Shown: piece after piece, positions 20,529 through 30,098 of the stretch
How positions within the stretch are numbered: the first letter of the stretch is position 1
Layout of the letters: every line of letters begins with the position of its first letter
Notes under the pieces: generated by a model
The model's input: the letters and a program-made list of their open reading frames with translations, nothing else
Databases searched by the model: none
What the model was told of the DNA's origin: nothing
Position numbers and translations under genes: made by a program
DNA from: Candidatus Caenarcanales bacterium
Lineage (GTDB): Bacteria > Cyanobacteriota > Vampirovibrionia > Caenarcaniphilales > Caenarcanaceae
Reading direction: 5' to 3'
Assembly (NCBI GenBank): GCA_041737745.1
Contig: JBGSRC010000008.1
Coordinates: 44,459 to 108,458 of the forward strand
DNA length: 64,000 bases

Positions 20529-22259
20529 TTACTCCCACTCTATAGTTCCAGGCGGCTTAGAAGTGACATCATAGACAACTCGATTGACGCCAGAAACTTC
20601 ATTGATGATCCGAGTGGAAATTTTCTCCAAGACATCATAAGGAAGCTTCGCCCAATCAGCAGTCATTCCGTCTTCGCTCTTGATCGCCCGAATGACGATA
20701 GGCGCAGCATAAGTTCTCTTATCGCCCATCACACCAACTGAACGCACATCAGCTAGCAACACGGTGAAAACCTGCCAGACACTGTCATAAAGACCAGCCT
20801 CTAGTATTTCTTCGTTCGTTATATAGTCGGCTTGACGGAGTAGATTTAGTCTATCTTCTGTCACTTCACCGACTATGCGGATAGCAAGACCAGGACCGGG
20901 GAAAGGATGACGCTTAGTGATGCGCGTCGGAACGCCAAGCTCGCGAGCAACAGCACGCACTTCGTCTTTAAAGAGTTTGTTAAATGGCTCTAGAAGCTTG
21001 AAGTTGATATTTTCCGGTAAGCCGCCGACATTGTGATGGGATTTGATCTTGGAGGCGATTTTTGTGTGATATCCGCCTTCTTTTGGCTGCACGCCGGTGA
21101 TCGAGGTCGGGGCAGCTGCTGACTCGATCACGTCTGAGTAGAGCGTGCCTTGAGCCAAAAAGTCAAATGGTCCGAGCTTGAGCGATTCTTCTTCGAAAAC
21201 TCTGATAAATTCTTCGCCAATGATCTTGCGTTTTTGTTCGGGATCAGTGACTCCGGTCATTTTGTTCTGAAAGCGAACTCGAGCATCGATATAGTGAACG
21301 GGTATCTTGAACTGTTCGCGGAAAACACGAAGAAGCTTTTCCGGTTCGTTCAGGCGCATGAAGCCTTGGTCGATGAACATACAAGTGAGGCTTTCTCCAA
21401 TTGCTTTGTTGAGCAGAAAAGCAAGTGCAGAGCTGTCGACTCCACCGGAGAGAGCGAGTAAGACTTTGCCATCGCCAACGCGACGTCTGATCGCTTCACA
21501 GTTATCGTCAATGAATTTGCCGGTAGTCCAAGAAGCGGTGCAGTTGGCTATACGGTAAGCGAAATTCGAGAGCATTTCCATGCCCTTTTCACTATGGACA
21601 ACTTCTGGATGAAACTGGACGCCATAGAGTTTAAGGTCAGGGTTGCCAATGGCGGCAATCGGCGTACGAGCAGTATGGGCAATAGTCTGAAAGCCTTCGG
21701 GAAGCGAAGAGACGCTATCACCATGACTCATCCAAGTGGCAACAGAAGCCTCTAGGCCACTAAAAAGATCTTCGTGTGAGTCGATGAAAAGACGGGTTTT
21801 GCCGTATTCGCCTGACCCAAAGCGCATCGGGGTCACTTTTCCACCAAGTCCGAGCACCATTGCTTGCATGCCGTAGCAGATGCCGAGGATGGGGATACCG
21901 AGCTTGAAGATTTCTGGGTTGATTTCAGGGGCACCCTGTTCATAGACGCTGGATGGGCCACCGGAGAGAATGATCCCTTTCGGGGCAAGTGCTTTAATCT
22001 TTTCGATCGATGTGGTGTAATGCAGTACTTCCGAATAGACTTTCAGTTCACGAACACGCCTAGCGATCAGCTCAGAGTATTGGGAGCCAAAATCCAAGAC
22101 TAAAATCTCTTCGACACGCTTGATGGAGGCGCTTGGATCTAGGCCTTCGGTGTTTTGATTTTGTCCCTGCAGCTCCAACGGTTCGTCTAGGAGAGCAAAG
22201 GAAGAGCCTTCAGCTCCACCGTGTTGGTATACATTCACTTTTCCAGAATGATCGGACAT
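20529..22259 (-). CDS. guaA: GMP synthase (glutamine-hydrolysing), with ~50-aa N-terminal extension
   Basis: GATase 'ILGICYGMQ', 'HPE'; ATP-PPase 'SGGVDSS'; C-terminal dimerisation domain ending 'PPGTIEWE'. Confidence 0.9.
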   Translation of the reverse strand: MSDHSGKVNVYQHGGAEGSSFALLDEPLELQGQNQNTEGLDPSASIKRVEEILVLDFGSQYSELIARRVRELKVYSEVLHYTTSIEKIKALAPKGIILSGGPSSVYEQGAPEINPEIFKLGIPILGICYGMQAMVLGLGGKVTPMRFGSGEYGKTRLFIDSHEDLFSGLEASVATWMSHGDSVSSLPEGFQTIAHTARTPIAAIGNPDLKLYGVQFHPEVVHSEKGMEMLSNFAYRIANCTASWTTGKFIDDNCEAIRRRVGDGKVLLALSGGVDSSALAFLLNKAIGESLTCMFIDQGFMRLNEPEKLLRVFREQFKIPVHYIDARVRFQNKMTGVTDPEQKRKIIGEEFIRVFEEESLKLGPFDFLAQGTLYSDVIESAAAPTSITGVQPKEGGYHTKIASKIKSHHNVGGLPENINFKLLEPFNKLFKDEVRAVARELGVPTRITKRHPFPGPGLAIRIVGEVTEDRLNLLRQADYITNEEILEAGLYDSVWQVFTVLLADVRSVGVMGDKRTYAAPIVIRAIKSEDGMTADWAKLPYDVLEKISTRIINEVSGVNRVVYDVTSKPPGTIEWE

Positions 22260-22357
22260 ATATTTAGCTTTCGGAGGGGGTTGGGAAAGACTTAACTAAA
22301 ACTAATAATAGCAATGCCCCTCAGAAAATTGCACTGCGACTTTTGCTCTCTAGGCGC

Positions 22358-23062
22358 TTATTTTGCCCTTCGCAAAGAGTGATTTACGAGATACTTTTTG
22401 AGCAGGGTGAGTAAAGCATCGGGATTATGTTTTTCTAAAGTCCCAGAGCAGTGCATCGATTTATACAAAGCCAAACTGCCTTGACTGAGCTCGGCTCCAT
22501 GTCTTTCCGGTTCAGCTTGGCAGACTGGACAGATTAAGCCGCCACCGAGTAGGTCGAAAAAAGCCCTACAGGAATTTCCCTCCAAAAAATTGAGCGCGCA
22601 AAGCTCAGGCTCCCCATGCAGGCAAGGACTAGGTTCATAGCCTAAATCACCACAGAGACCCCAGACAAACTGCAAAAAAATGAGCTTAGGATTTGCCTGT
22701 TGCTCGTTGAGGGTGCTCAGGAAAAGTAAAAACTGATCGAAAATAGGCTCCAGTCCCTCAAAGTTTTGCTCGCAACAGGAATCAAGATAACCAGCTCCCT
22801 CCCAAGCTAGCTGCAAGCGATCATAGTCTTCGTAGAGCTTCGGATATGAACCGATGAATTCAGAAGATTTGATATTGAAAATCTCGCGATTTGTTTTGTG
22901 CTCGAAACTATAACGAATATGTACGAAGGGCTCTGATCGTCCGCCTAGTTTGCTACCGGTTAGCTTCAGTAAACCGAGTTCACGGGTGAAGACGGTAAGA
23001 AGCTTATAGCCATTTAGTCGCTGGCAGCGAAGGTTAATCCCCTCAACCCAGCGTTCAGCCAC
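22358..23062 (-). CDS. recO: DNA repair protein RecO
   Basis: N-terminal OB-fold-like region, C-terminal 'CPVCQ' Zn-finger-like motif, RecO-like length (234 aa). Overlaps the metK stop by 1 nt. Confidence 0.55.
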   Translation of the reverse strand: MAERWVEGINLRCQRLNGYKLLTVFTRELGLLKLTGSKLGGRSEPFVHIRYSFEHKTNREIFNIKSSEFIGSYPKLYEDYDRLQLAWEGAGYLDSCCEQNFEGLEPIFDQFLLFLSTLNEQQANPKLIFLQFVWGLCGDLGYEPSPCLHGEPELCALNFLEGNSCRAFFDLLGGGLICPVCQAEPERHGAELSQGSLALYKSMHCSGTLEKHNPDALLTLLKKYLVNHSLRRAK

Positions 23063-24297
23063 TAGCGAATAGCCTTGAGTGAGCTTGCAGCAGCCTTGAT
23101 CGTTTCCACCGCGTCCAGTCTTTCCCAGGGAAGGTCTATATCACCACGCCCAAAGTGCCCATAGGCAGCAGTGTCTTGATAGAAGCGTCCGCCTTTTTTC
23201 GCCGGCAAGTTCTGCAAATCAAATTGCTCGATGATGGCTAGCGGTCTGAGATCGAAGTTCTCCAGTAACAGCTTTCCGATCTCAGAATCTGGAATTAGTC
23301 CTGTGCCATGGGTGAAGACGCTCACTGAGACAGGTCTAGCCATCCCAATAGCATAAGAAACCTGCAATTCGCAGACATGAGCTAGTCCAGCGGCCACGAC
23401 GTTTTTGGCGAGATGGCGGGCGGCATAAGCGGCTGATCTATCTACTTTGCTAGGGTCTTTGCCGGAGAAAGCGCCTCCTCCGTGTCTAGCATAGCCACCG
23501 TAAGTATCGACGATGATCTTACGGCCAGTGAGGCCAGTGTCACCGTGCGGTCCACCGATCACGAAGCGTCCAGAGGGATTGATGATCAGCCTACTGCTCG
23601 AATCAAGCTCTAGGTTATAGGCTTTTAGCACTGGAGCTACTACGAGCTGATTGAGTTCGCTTTCTAGTTGGTCCATCGAGAGCCCCTCTTCGTGTTGTGT
23701 GGAGATAACGATGGTGTCTATCTTGATGGGGACATTATTTTCATATTGGACTGTGACTTGTGTCTTACCATCGGGCTTGAGGTAGGAGAGAATATTTTCT
23801 TTGCGTACTTCTGTCAGTCTCAGCGCTAGTTTGTGGGCGAGTGCGATCGGTAGGGGCATCAGCTCGGGGGTTTCTTTGATGGCGAAGCCGAACATCAATC
23901 CTTGGTCTCCCGCTCCTAGACCGTCTAGTTTTTCGCTGGGGTTTGTGGCGCTAGCGTGGCGTTCTTCATAGGAGTTGGTGACGCCTGAGGCTATATCGGC
24001 TGATTGATTATTGAGGGCTACTTGCACTGAGCAGGTTTCGCTGGAGAAGCAGAGTTGGGGGTCTGTGTAGCCGATCTCTGTGATCACGGCTCTCGCTACA
24101 TCGGCAAAGTTCACCCAAGTGTTTGTGTATATTTCTCCAGCAATCAAGACTAAGCCAGTTGCTACTAGAGTCTCGCAAGCCACTCTTCCTTTGGGGTCTT
24201 TGGTCAGGATGGCGTCTAGGACGGCGTCTGAGATCTTGTCACAGATTTTATCGGGGTGACCTTCGGTGACTGATTCTGAGGTGAAGAGGTGTTTCAT
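23062..24297 (-). CDS. metK: S-adenosylmethionine synthetase
   Basis: '[16 protein letters not shown]', '[12 protein letters not shown]', 'GGGAFSGKD' and 'DRSAAYAAR' motifs; 411 aa. Confidence 0.95.
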   Translation of the reverse strand: MKHLFTSESVTEGHPDKICDKISDAVLDAILTKDPKGRVACETLVATGLVLIAGEIYTNTWVNFADVARAVITEIGYTDPQLCFSSETCSVQVALNNQSADIASGVTNSYEERHASATNPSEKLDGLGAGDQGLMFGFAIKETPELMPLPIALAHKLALRLTEVRKENILSYLKPDGKTQVTVQYENNVPIKIDTIVISTQHEEGLSMDQLESELNQLVVAPVLKAYNLELDSSSRLIINPSGRFVIGGPHGDTGLTGRKIIVDTYGGYARHGGGAFSGKDPSKVDRSAAYAARHLAKNVVAAGLAHVCELQVSYAIGMARPVSVSVFTHGTGLIPDSEIGKLLLENFDLRPLAIIEQFDLQNLPAKKGGRFYQDTAAYGHFGRGDIDLPWERLDAVETIKAAASSLKAIR

Positions 24298-24381
24298 TTG
24301 TATCTATTAGAACGAGTAGATGGTCTCTGAATTTTGCCACAAGATAGCAGTGTATGTGCAGTCCCTCATATAGCGTGACCC

Positions 24382-26295
24382 TTGCCTTGTAGGCTATATT
24401 TTATAAACGTAAAATTATCAGAAATGAACAGTCACCAATCAAGCCAAGAAATAGACAGAATAGTAATTCGCTTCGCCGGTGACTCAGGCGACGGAATGCA
24501 GCTCACCGGTGGCCAATTCACCAATACCTCAGCCATAGCCGGAAACAGTCTTGCCACTCTCCCCGACTTTCCCGCCGAAATCAGAGCCCCGCAAGGGACG
24601 ATCGCTGGCGTCTCCGGTTTTCAGATCCAGTTTGGGGAAGTGTCTATCCGCACCCCCGGAGACGAACCAGATGTTTTAGTGGCCATGAATCCAGCCGCCC
24701 TCAAAGCTAATCTCTCCACGATCAGAGGTGGCGCCACGATCATCGTCAATGAAGACGCCTTCACCGACAATGGCTTGGCTAAAGCTGGCTATACCTCAAA
24801 CCCACTCACCGATAATTCCCTAGAAGGCTTCAAGCTAGTCAGCATCCCGATCACAAAGCTCACCCGCAATGCCCTTGAAGAGCTTGACTTAGACGGCCGC
24901 AACAAAGACCGCTGCAAAAACTTCTTTGCTTTGGGCCTGATGTACTGGATGTACTCACGTTCGATGGACGCCACGATCAAATGGATCGAGGAAAAATTCG
25001 GGAAAAAACCAATACTGGCTGAAGCAAACCTTAAAGCACTCAAAGCTGGCTTCAATTGCGGCACGGCGATCGAGGCTCTTCCTAGTTTTGTAATTCGTTC
25101 AGCTCCTATTCAGCCCGGTACCTACCGGAATATGACCGGTAACCAAGCGATCAGCATAGGCTTGATTGCTGCTTCGATCAAATCCAAGAAAAAAATTGTC
25201 CTCTCCGCTTATCCGATCACGCCAGCCAGTGAGATTCTGCACGATCTGTCTAAATACAAACAGTTTGATGTGATTACTTTTCAAGCCGAAGACGAAATCG
25301 CTGCTGTCTGCGCTGCTATCGGTGCTTCATATGGTGGATCGCTGGGTGTTACTTCTACTTCAGGTCCTGGCCTAGACCTCAAAGCCGAAGCTTTAGGCTT
25401 AGCGGTGAAAACAGAGTTGCCCTTGGTGGTGATAAATGTCCAAAGAGCAGGTCCCTCCACCGGCTTGCCGACCAAGACCGAACAATCTGACCTGATGCTC
25501 GCTATGTACGGGCGTCACGGCGAGTCTCCGGTTTGCGTGATTGCGCCAGCTAGTCCCTCAGACTGCTACGAGATGGCATACAGAGCCTGCAAAATTGCAC
25601 TCGAGTTCATGACACCGGTGATCTTGCTCACAGACGGCTATATCGCGAACGGTTCTGAGCCTTGGCTCATTCCTAGTCCCGATGATTTGCCTGAGATCGG
25701 AGACTGTCTGATCGATCCAGAAGCAAACCAAGATCAGCCTTTCTTGCCCTATAAGCGTGATGAGCGGGGAGTTCGTCCTTGGGCAATACCGGGTATGAAG
25801 GGTTTTGAGCACAGAATCAGCGGCCTAGAAGGCCAAGTGGACACAGGCAATATCAGCTATGACGCTGAGAACCATGGCCTAATGACGGCTGCAAGAGCGG
25901 CAAAGATCGAGAATATTAAACACACTATTCCGCCTCAAGAAGTCTTCGGTCCAAAGCAGGGAGATTTATTGGTGCTGGGCTGGGGTGGAACTGAAGGTTC
26001 TTTGCGGGCGGCTGTTGAAGAATCACAAAAAGAAGGCTTGTCTGTTGCTCACGCGCAGGTTCGTTACCTGAATCCTTTCCCCGTCAACCTTGAAGAAGTC
26101 TTGAAAAGCTACAAAAAAGTCTTGATTCCTGAGATCAACTGTGGGCAGCTGATTCAGTTGATACGGGCAAAATATCTGGTAGACGCTCAGGCTTTCAATC
26201 TGGTCCGTGGACAGCCTTTCAAGGTGCGAGAACTGAAAGAGGCCATTCGGGCTAATCTATCTGAGCTGAGCTCAGCATCTAATACCGCTAAGTAA
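24382..26295 (+). CDS. korA: 2-oxoglutarate:ferredoxin (2-oxoacid:acceptor) oxidoreductase alpha subunit
   Basis: N-terminal 'IRFAGDSGDGMQLTGGQFT' characteristic of the KorA/OorA family; 637 aa. No korB is present downstream. Confidence 0.8.
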   Translation: MPCRLYFINVKLSEMNSHQSSQEIDRIVIRFAGDSGDGMQLTGGQFTNTSAIAGNSLATLPDFPAEIRAPQGTIAGVSGFQIQFGEVSIRTPGDEPDVLVAMNPAALKANLSTIRGGATIIVNEDAFTDNGLAKAGYTSNPLTDNSLEGFKLVSIPITKLTRNALEELDLDGRNKDRCKNFFALGLMYWMYSRSMDATIKWIEEKFGKKPILAEANLKALKAGFNCGTAIEALPSFVIRSAPIQPGTYRNMTGNQAISIGLIAASIKSKKKIVLSAYPITPASEILHDLSKYKQFDVITFQAEDEIAAVCAAIGASYGGSLGVTSTSGPGLDLKAEALGLAVKTELPLVVINVQRAGPSTGLPTKTEQSDLMLAMYGRHGESPVCVIAPASPSDCYEMAYRACKIALEFMTPVILLTDGYIANGSEPWLIPSPDDLPEIGDCLIDPEANQDQPFLPYKRDERGVRPWAIPGMKGFEHRISGLEGQVDTGNISYDAENHGLMTAARAAKIENIKHTIPPQEVFGPKQGDLLVLGWGGTEGSLRAAVEESQKEGLSVAHAQVRYLNPFPVNLEEVLKSYKKVLIPEINCGQLIQLIRAKYLVDAQAFNLVRGQPFKVRELKEAIRANLSELSSASNTAK

Positions 26296-26400
26296 TCCAC
26301 AAATTAAGGGGGAATGGGGCACAGCCCCATGAAAAAAAAGGATCTTCCCCTCCCTCAGGGAGGGGATAGAGGGGTGGGTGTACGAATCAATTAAGCCCAT
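26296..26400. repeat. REP-like repeat cluster ('ATGGGGCACAGCCCCAT', 'CCCCTCCCTCAGGGAGGGG') directly after korA
   Basis: The palindrome CCCCTCCCTCAGGGAGGGG recurs at ~62125 and, as variants, at 39140 and 57750. Confidence 0.55.
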
Positions 26401-26433
26401 CAAAATCTAGTTATTTGCTGATTTCTATAAGAA

Positions 26434-28824
26434 TTAAACCGAGTTTCGGCTAGCATTGACACTGGCAGCCAGCGATTTCAAGACTAGCTTTTCGAGAGTA
26501 TCACGCCGCTCAGGACTAAGATTAGCCCCGTTCACTCTAAGCTCCTGAAGGGCGTAATGCTGAATGACCAAGAGCGGTAAGACTATGTTTTCCCGCATAG
26601 CAATCGATTTAGCCCCAACGGGATTTGAGGCCATCAGGCTCTCTTCACCGGAGATTTCACGGAGCAGCTTTTCACTAAGCTCGGCTTCGCTCGCTAGAAG
26701 ATGCCAGAAGGACGCAAAGACCGGATCGACACTCAGATAAGCTGTGAGACCGAAATTAGCCTTCAATAAACTCTGCATGGCATTGCCGATCAGTGCCCGA
26801 AAGAAGCGACACTCAGCATACATGCTCTTTAGTTCAGACCAAAGACCTGCTTCTTTGAGCTCAGCAAGAGCACTTCCAAGACCATAGAAGCCCGGTATAT
26901 TTTGTTTCATCTGCGTCCAAGCCCCCACAAAGGGAATAGCCCGCAAATCGGAAAAGGCAAGTTCTTTGTCTGTGCCTCTCTTGTTCGGTCTACTCGCTAT
27001 GGTCAGCTTGTTATAGAAGCGAAGTGGCGTGACCAGCTCTAAATAACTCAAAAAGAGCGGGTGATCCTTGAGGGCTAGATAAGAGCTGAGGGCTTTTTGG
27101 GAGAGCAAATCCAAAATCTCTGTCTCTCGATGGCTTAAATCTTTCCCCTGACTGCGAGCCTCAAGGCCTGCCGTGTAAAGTTGTTCAAGGTTGTAGCTAG
27201 CTGAGCTGGGTGAGCCGTAAGTGGAAGAGATAGTCTGTCCTTGGATCGTCAGGTGAATTTCTTTGAGCGAGATCGATTTGCCGAGAGAGCTATAAAAAAG
27301 ATGCGTATTGCCACCACCGCGCGAAGGTGGGCCACCGCGTCCATCGAAGAAAATCAGCGTGATCCCATGGGCTTTGGCTTGCTCGCTTAGCCTTGTTTTT
27401 GCCTTATAGATCGCCCAATTGGCAGTGATATAGCCCCCGTCTTTTGTGCCATCCGAAAAGCCGACCATGATCGTCTGCTCTTGAAGACGTTCAGCTAGAT
27501 GTTTTTTGTAATGGGGGTCTAAATAGAGCGTCTGCATCACTTCTGTGCTCCGCTCTAGGTCGGTGATAGTCTCAAAGAGCGGTACAAAGTCTAATTTGAT
27601 TGACTGCTCTGGCGACAAGCTCTGAGCCAGCTGAAAGACACCTAAAATATCGTTGGCATTTCGTGTATTGCTAACAATGAAACGCTGCAGGGCGGCTATG
27701 CCGTTTTCGGCTTGAATTTGACTGACAGCTTGGAGACAGTCACGGAGGTCTGCGCTGAGCGGCGAGATAGTCTGGGAATTATCTTTGAGCTCCAAGATCG
27801 CTTCTTCGATCACTCGACTATCTTGCCTAAGGTCTAAGCTCGCAAAATGAAAGCCAAAAGTCCTAATAGCCGCGAGCAAATCATCGAGCTCAGCCAGAAA
27901 GAGGCCGCCATGTTCGGTGATCAGAAGCAGTCTGGTCGCGGCTAGATCGCTTTCCAGTTCTTGGGCAGATAGGTAGGAGTTTGAGTTCAGTCTTACTTGG
28001 ATGGAATGGAGCTTTTCATGGACACCGGCGAAAGTGAGCAGGCGCATCAGTTTCTCGAGGCTTTGTTGGTAACAGCTCAGGATGCTTCTTTTCAGTAGAC
28101 TGGCTACCGCTAAGGTGGTCTCGGCTGTCACATAGGGGTTCCCGTCACGGTCTCCACCGGGCCAGAAGCCTATTTCGAAGGAAGGACTGGTCTTGTTCTT
28201 TAGGTTTTTCAGTTCGCTCTCTAGGCTCGGTAGTACTGGATAAAAGACATTTTCCAGATACCAGATATAGCTCTGGGCTTCGTCTAGGGGGGTCGGTTTG
28301 CGGGTATTGCGGAAGCGTGTTTTTCCGAGTTGGAGTAGTATTTGTCTGATTCGGCCGAGATCATTTTTTTTGACGGCCTCTACTAGACTGCGGGTAATGA
28401 AGAGAATAGTATCGGGGTAAAACTGGGTTGGGTGAGCTGTGAGCACTACGCGGACTTTGTAGTCTTCTAGGGGTTGATTGGGGAGTTTTTCCCAGTCGAA
28501 GCCTGCCAGTGTCCCTAGACCATTTAGATCGTTTAGTTCATTGAAGCTGGCGTCTTCGAGCGCATCGAAGAGGACTACTTGTCTTTCGACGAACTGCATG
28601 ATTTGGAAGAGGGCTTCAGCTGATTTGAGGGGGAAGAAGGACTCGACTATTTCTTTCGGGTATTTGCCTTTTTTCAGTTCTTCTTGGCAACGCAGGGTGA
28701 ATAAAGATAATTGGGCTCCTGTATTGGAGACATCGCTGAAGGGGAGGGTGAGGAAGAGCGCGTTATAGACTTGGTATTTTAGTTCTACTTCGCTGGCGAA
28801 GGTTTCTGAGCGTTTTTCTTTCAT
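26434..28824 (-). CDS. ppc: Phosphoenolpyruvate carboxylase
   Basis: 'VLTAHPTQ', 'GFSDGTKDGGY', 'FFDGRGGPPSRGGG' and C-terminal region motifs; 796 aa. Confidence 0.85.
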   Translation of the reverse strand: MKEKRSETFASEVELKYQVYNALFLTLPFSDVSNTGAQLSLFTLRCQEELKKGKYPKEIVESFFPLKSAEALFQIMQFVERQVVLFDALEDASFNELNDLNGLGTLAGFDWEKLPNQPLEDYKVRVVLTAHPTQFYPDTILFITRSLVEAVKKNDLGRIRQILLQLGKTRFRNTRKPTPLDEAQSYIWYLENVFYPVLPSLESELKNLKNKTSPSFEIGFWPGGDRDGNPYVTAETTLAVASLLKRSILSCYQQSLEKLMRLLTFAGVHEKLHSIQVRLNSNSYLSAQELESDLAATRLLLITEHGGLFLAELDDLLAAIRTFGFHFASLDLRQDSRVIEEAILELKDNSQTISPLSADLRDCLQAVSQIQAENGIAALQRFIVSNTRNANDILGVFQLAQSLSPEQSIKLDFVPLFETITDLERSTEVMQTLYLDPHYKKHLAERLQEQTIMVGFSDGTKDGGYITANWAIYKAKTRLSEQAKAHGITLIFFDGRGGPPSRGGGNTHLFYSSLGKSISLKEIHLTIQGQTISSTYGSPSSASYNLEQLYTAGLEARSQGKDLSHRETEILDLLSQKALSSYLALKDHPLFLSYLELVTPLRFYNKLTIASRPNKRGTDKELAFSDLRAIPFVGAWTQMKQNIPGFYGLGSALAELKEAGLWSELKSMYAECRFFRALIGNAMQSLLKANFGLTAYLSVDPVFASFWHLLASEAELSEKLLREISGEESLMASNPVGAKSIAMRENIVLPLLVIQHYALQELRVNGANLSPERRDTLEKLVLKSLAASVNASRNSV

Positions 28825-28869
28825 TGAGCTTCATTCTAGCTTTTGTAATCTTGAAACTTACTTGAGGTT

Positions 28870-28915
28870 AGGGAAATATATTCCATGGGACTTGCGTCCC
28901 CAAACCCCTCTCGGC
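28870..28915. repeat. REP-like hairpin 'GGGACTTGCGTCCCCAAACCCCTC'
   Basis: Same unit as 38962..38983 (GGGGACGAAGTCCCCAAACCCCTG) and 62150..62175 (GGGGACTTCTTCCCCAAACCCCTA). Confidence 0.6.
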
Positions 28916-28980
28916 CGGAAGGGAAAGTCAAAAAGCTCAAAAGAAAGAGAATAGATTTACGTTTTAACATGGGTCAAAGC

Positions 28981-30078
28981 TCAGCCTTGCAGCAAGACAT
29001 GCTTGATTAAAATTCCAAATTTATCCCCAACCAAAATCAACTCACCACTAGCAATTCTTTTGCCCTTAGCCGTCAAAAACAACTGGCCAGTCAGTAAATC
29101 GTTTAGCGGAAGGGCCATCCCCTCCTGCAAAGATAAAAGCTCTTTCACAGTCAAGCTAACCTCAGCAAACTCTGCCCGCACTTCCACCGGAAAATCCATC
29201 AAACGCGACGCATCTCCCTCCGGTCGATGAGCTGAAGCAACTACTGGCGTAGCAGGAGGAATGTTCTCTTCATCATCGAGATTTTGCCCAAAATCATCAT
29301 TATCATCAAAATCATCCATATCAAAATTATTTAATTCAACAATTCCCTTAGACTCACTAGCATCAAACGAAATATCTAAAGATTCTGTTCCCAAAATCTG
29401 ACCCCGATCGCTGCTACTCTCCTGCAGCAAAATGAAATCACCCGATTCAAGCGAAGCGATCTCTTTCATACTGAGCTCACTAGAGCCAAGCAAGATAGCC
29501 ACTTTTGTGTTCATCAGATCGGCGTAGTCTAAAATCGCCTCTTCATTGATCTGTTCTTCAAGAGCGGGAAAAAGAGATGTCGGCAAAGAAAGCGCCAACT
29601 TTCCCCAGCCAGACCCCAAAGATATATACCAAATCAACTCGACAGAGCCCGCAGCAGCGGAAGCCCGAAGGCCAGAAAGCTTTTCGATGATCGAAACCAG
29701 CAAAGCCTCGAAGATATTACTCTCCAGATCGCTAAGATCCCGACAATGAAACTCACTATCGTCTTCTTTCACTCCTAGTGAGCCTTGGAGCAGCGTAAGA
29801 ATCAGATTTCTATCAAGCCGAAGCTTGAAGTTCACCCCAGCGCGCTGTGGGTCTTCCCATTCAGTCGAAAGCCCCTTCCAAGAATCTATCTCAAGCTCTT
29901 GAGCTATCCCGAGCAGTTTGCAAACCCTCAGTGGCCCGAAGATTTCTTCAAGAGCCTGTCTGGGAAAGTCATACCAAGCAAGCCAATTCGCCCGGGCTAA
30001 ACCGGAGTCATGGAGAGGGCTATTTGTTTTGTTGCCAAGTAATCTGGCTAAAGAAGTAGCAGAAGTCATGGAGTTCAC
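28981..30078 (-). CDS. SpoA-domain protein (FliN/FliM/SctQ-like C-ring component of flagellar or type III secretion systems)
   Basis: C-terminal ~70 aa 'FPVEVRAEFAEVSLTVKELLSLQEGMALPLNDLLTGQLFLTAKGKRIASGELILVGDKFGILI' fits the FliN/YscQ SpoA fold. It is preceded by an acidic low-complexity stretch ('DMDDFDDNDDFGQNLDDEE'). 365 aa. Confidence 0.5.
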   Translation of the reverse strand: MNSMTSATSLARLLGNKTNSPLHDSGLARANWLAWYDFPRQALEEIFGPLRVCKLLGIAQELEIDSWKGLSTEWEDPQRAGVNFKLRLDRNLILTLLQGSLGVKEDDSEFHCRDLSDLESNIFEALLVSIIEKLSGLRASAAAGSVELIWYISLGSGWGKLALSLPTSLFPALEEQINEEAILDYADLMNTKVAILLGSSELSMKEIASLESGDFILLQESSSDRGQILGTESLDISFDASESKGIVELNNFDMDDFDDNDDFGQNLDDEENIPPATPVVASAHRPEGDASRLMDFPVEVRAEFAEVSLTVKELLSLQEGMALPLNDLLTGQLFLTAKGKRIASGELILVGDKFGILIKHVLLQG

Positions 30079-30098
30079 TCATATACTTCTTGCCCAAG

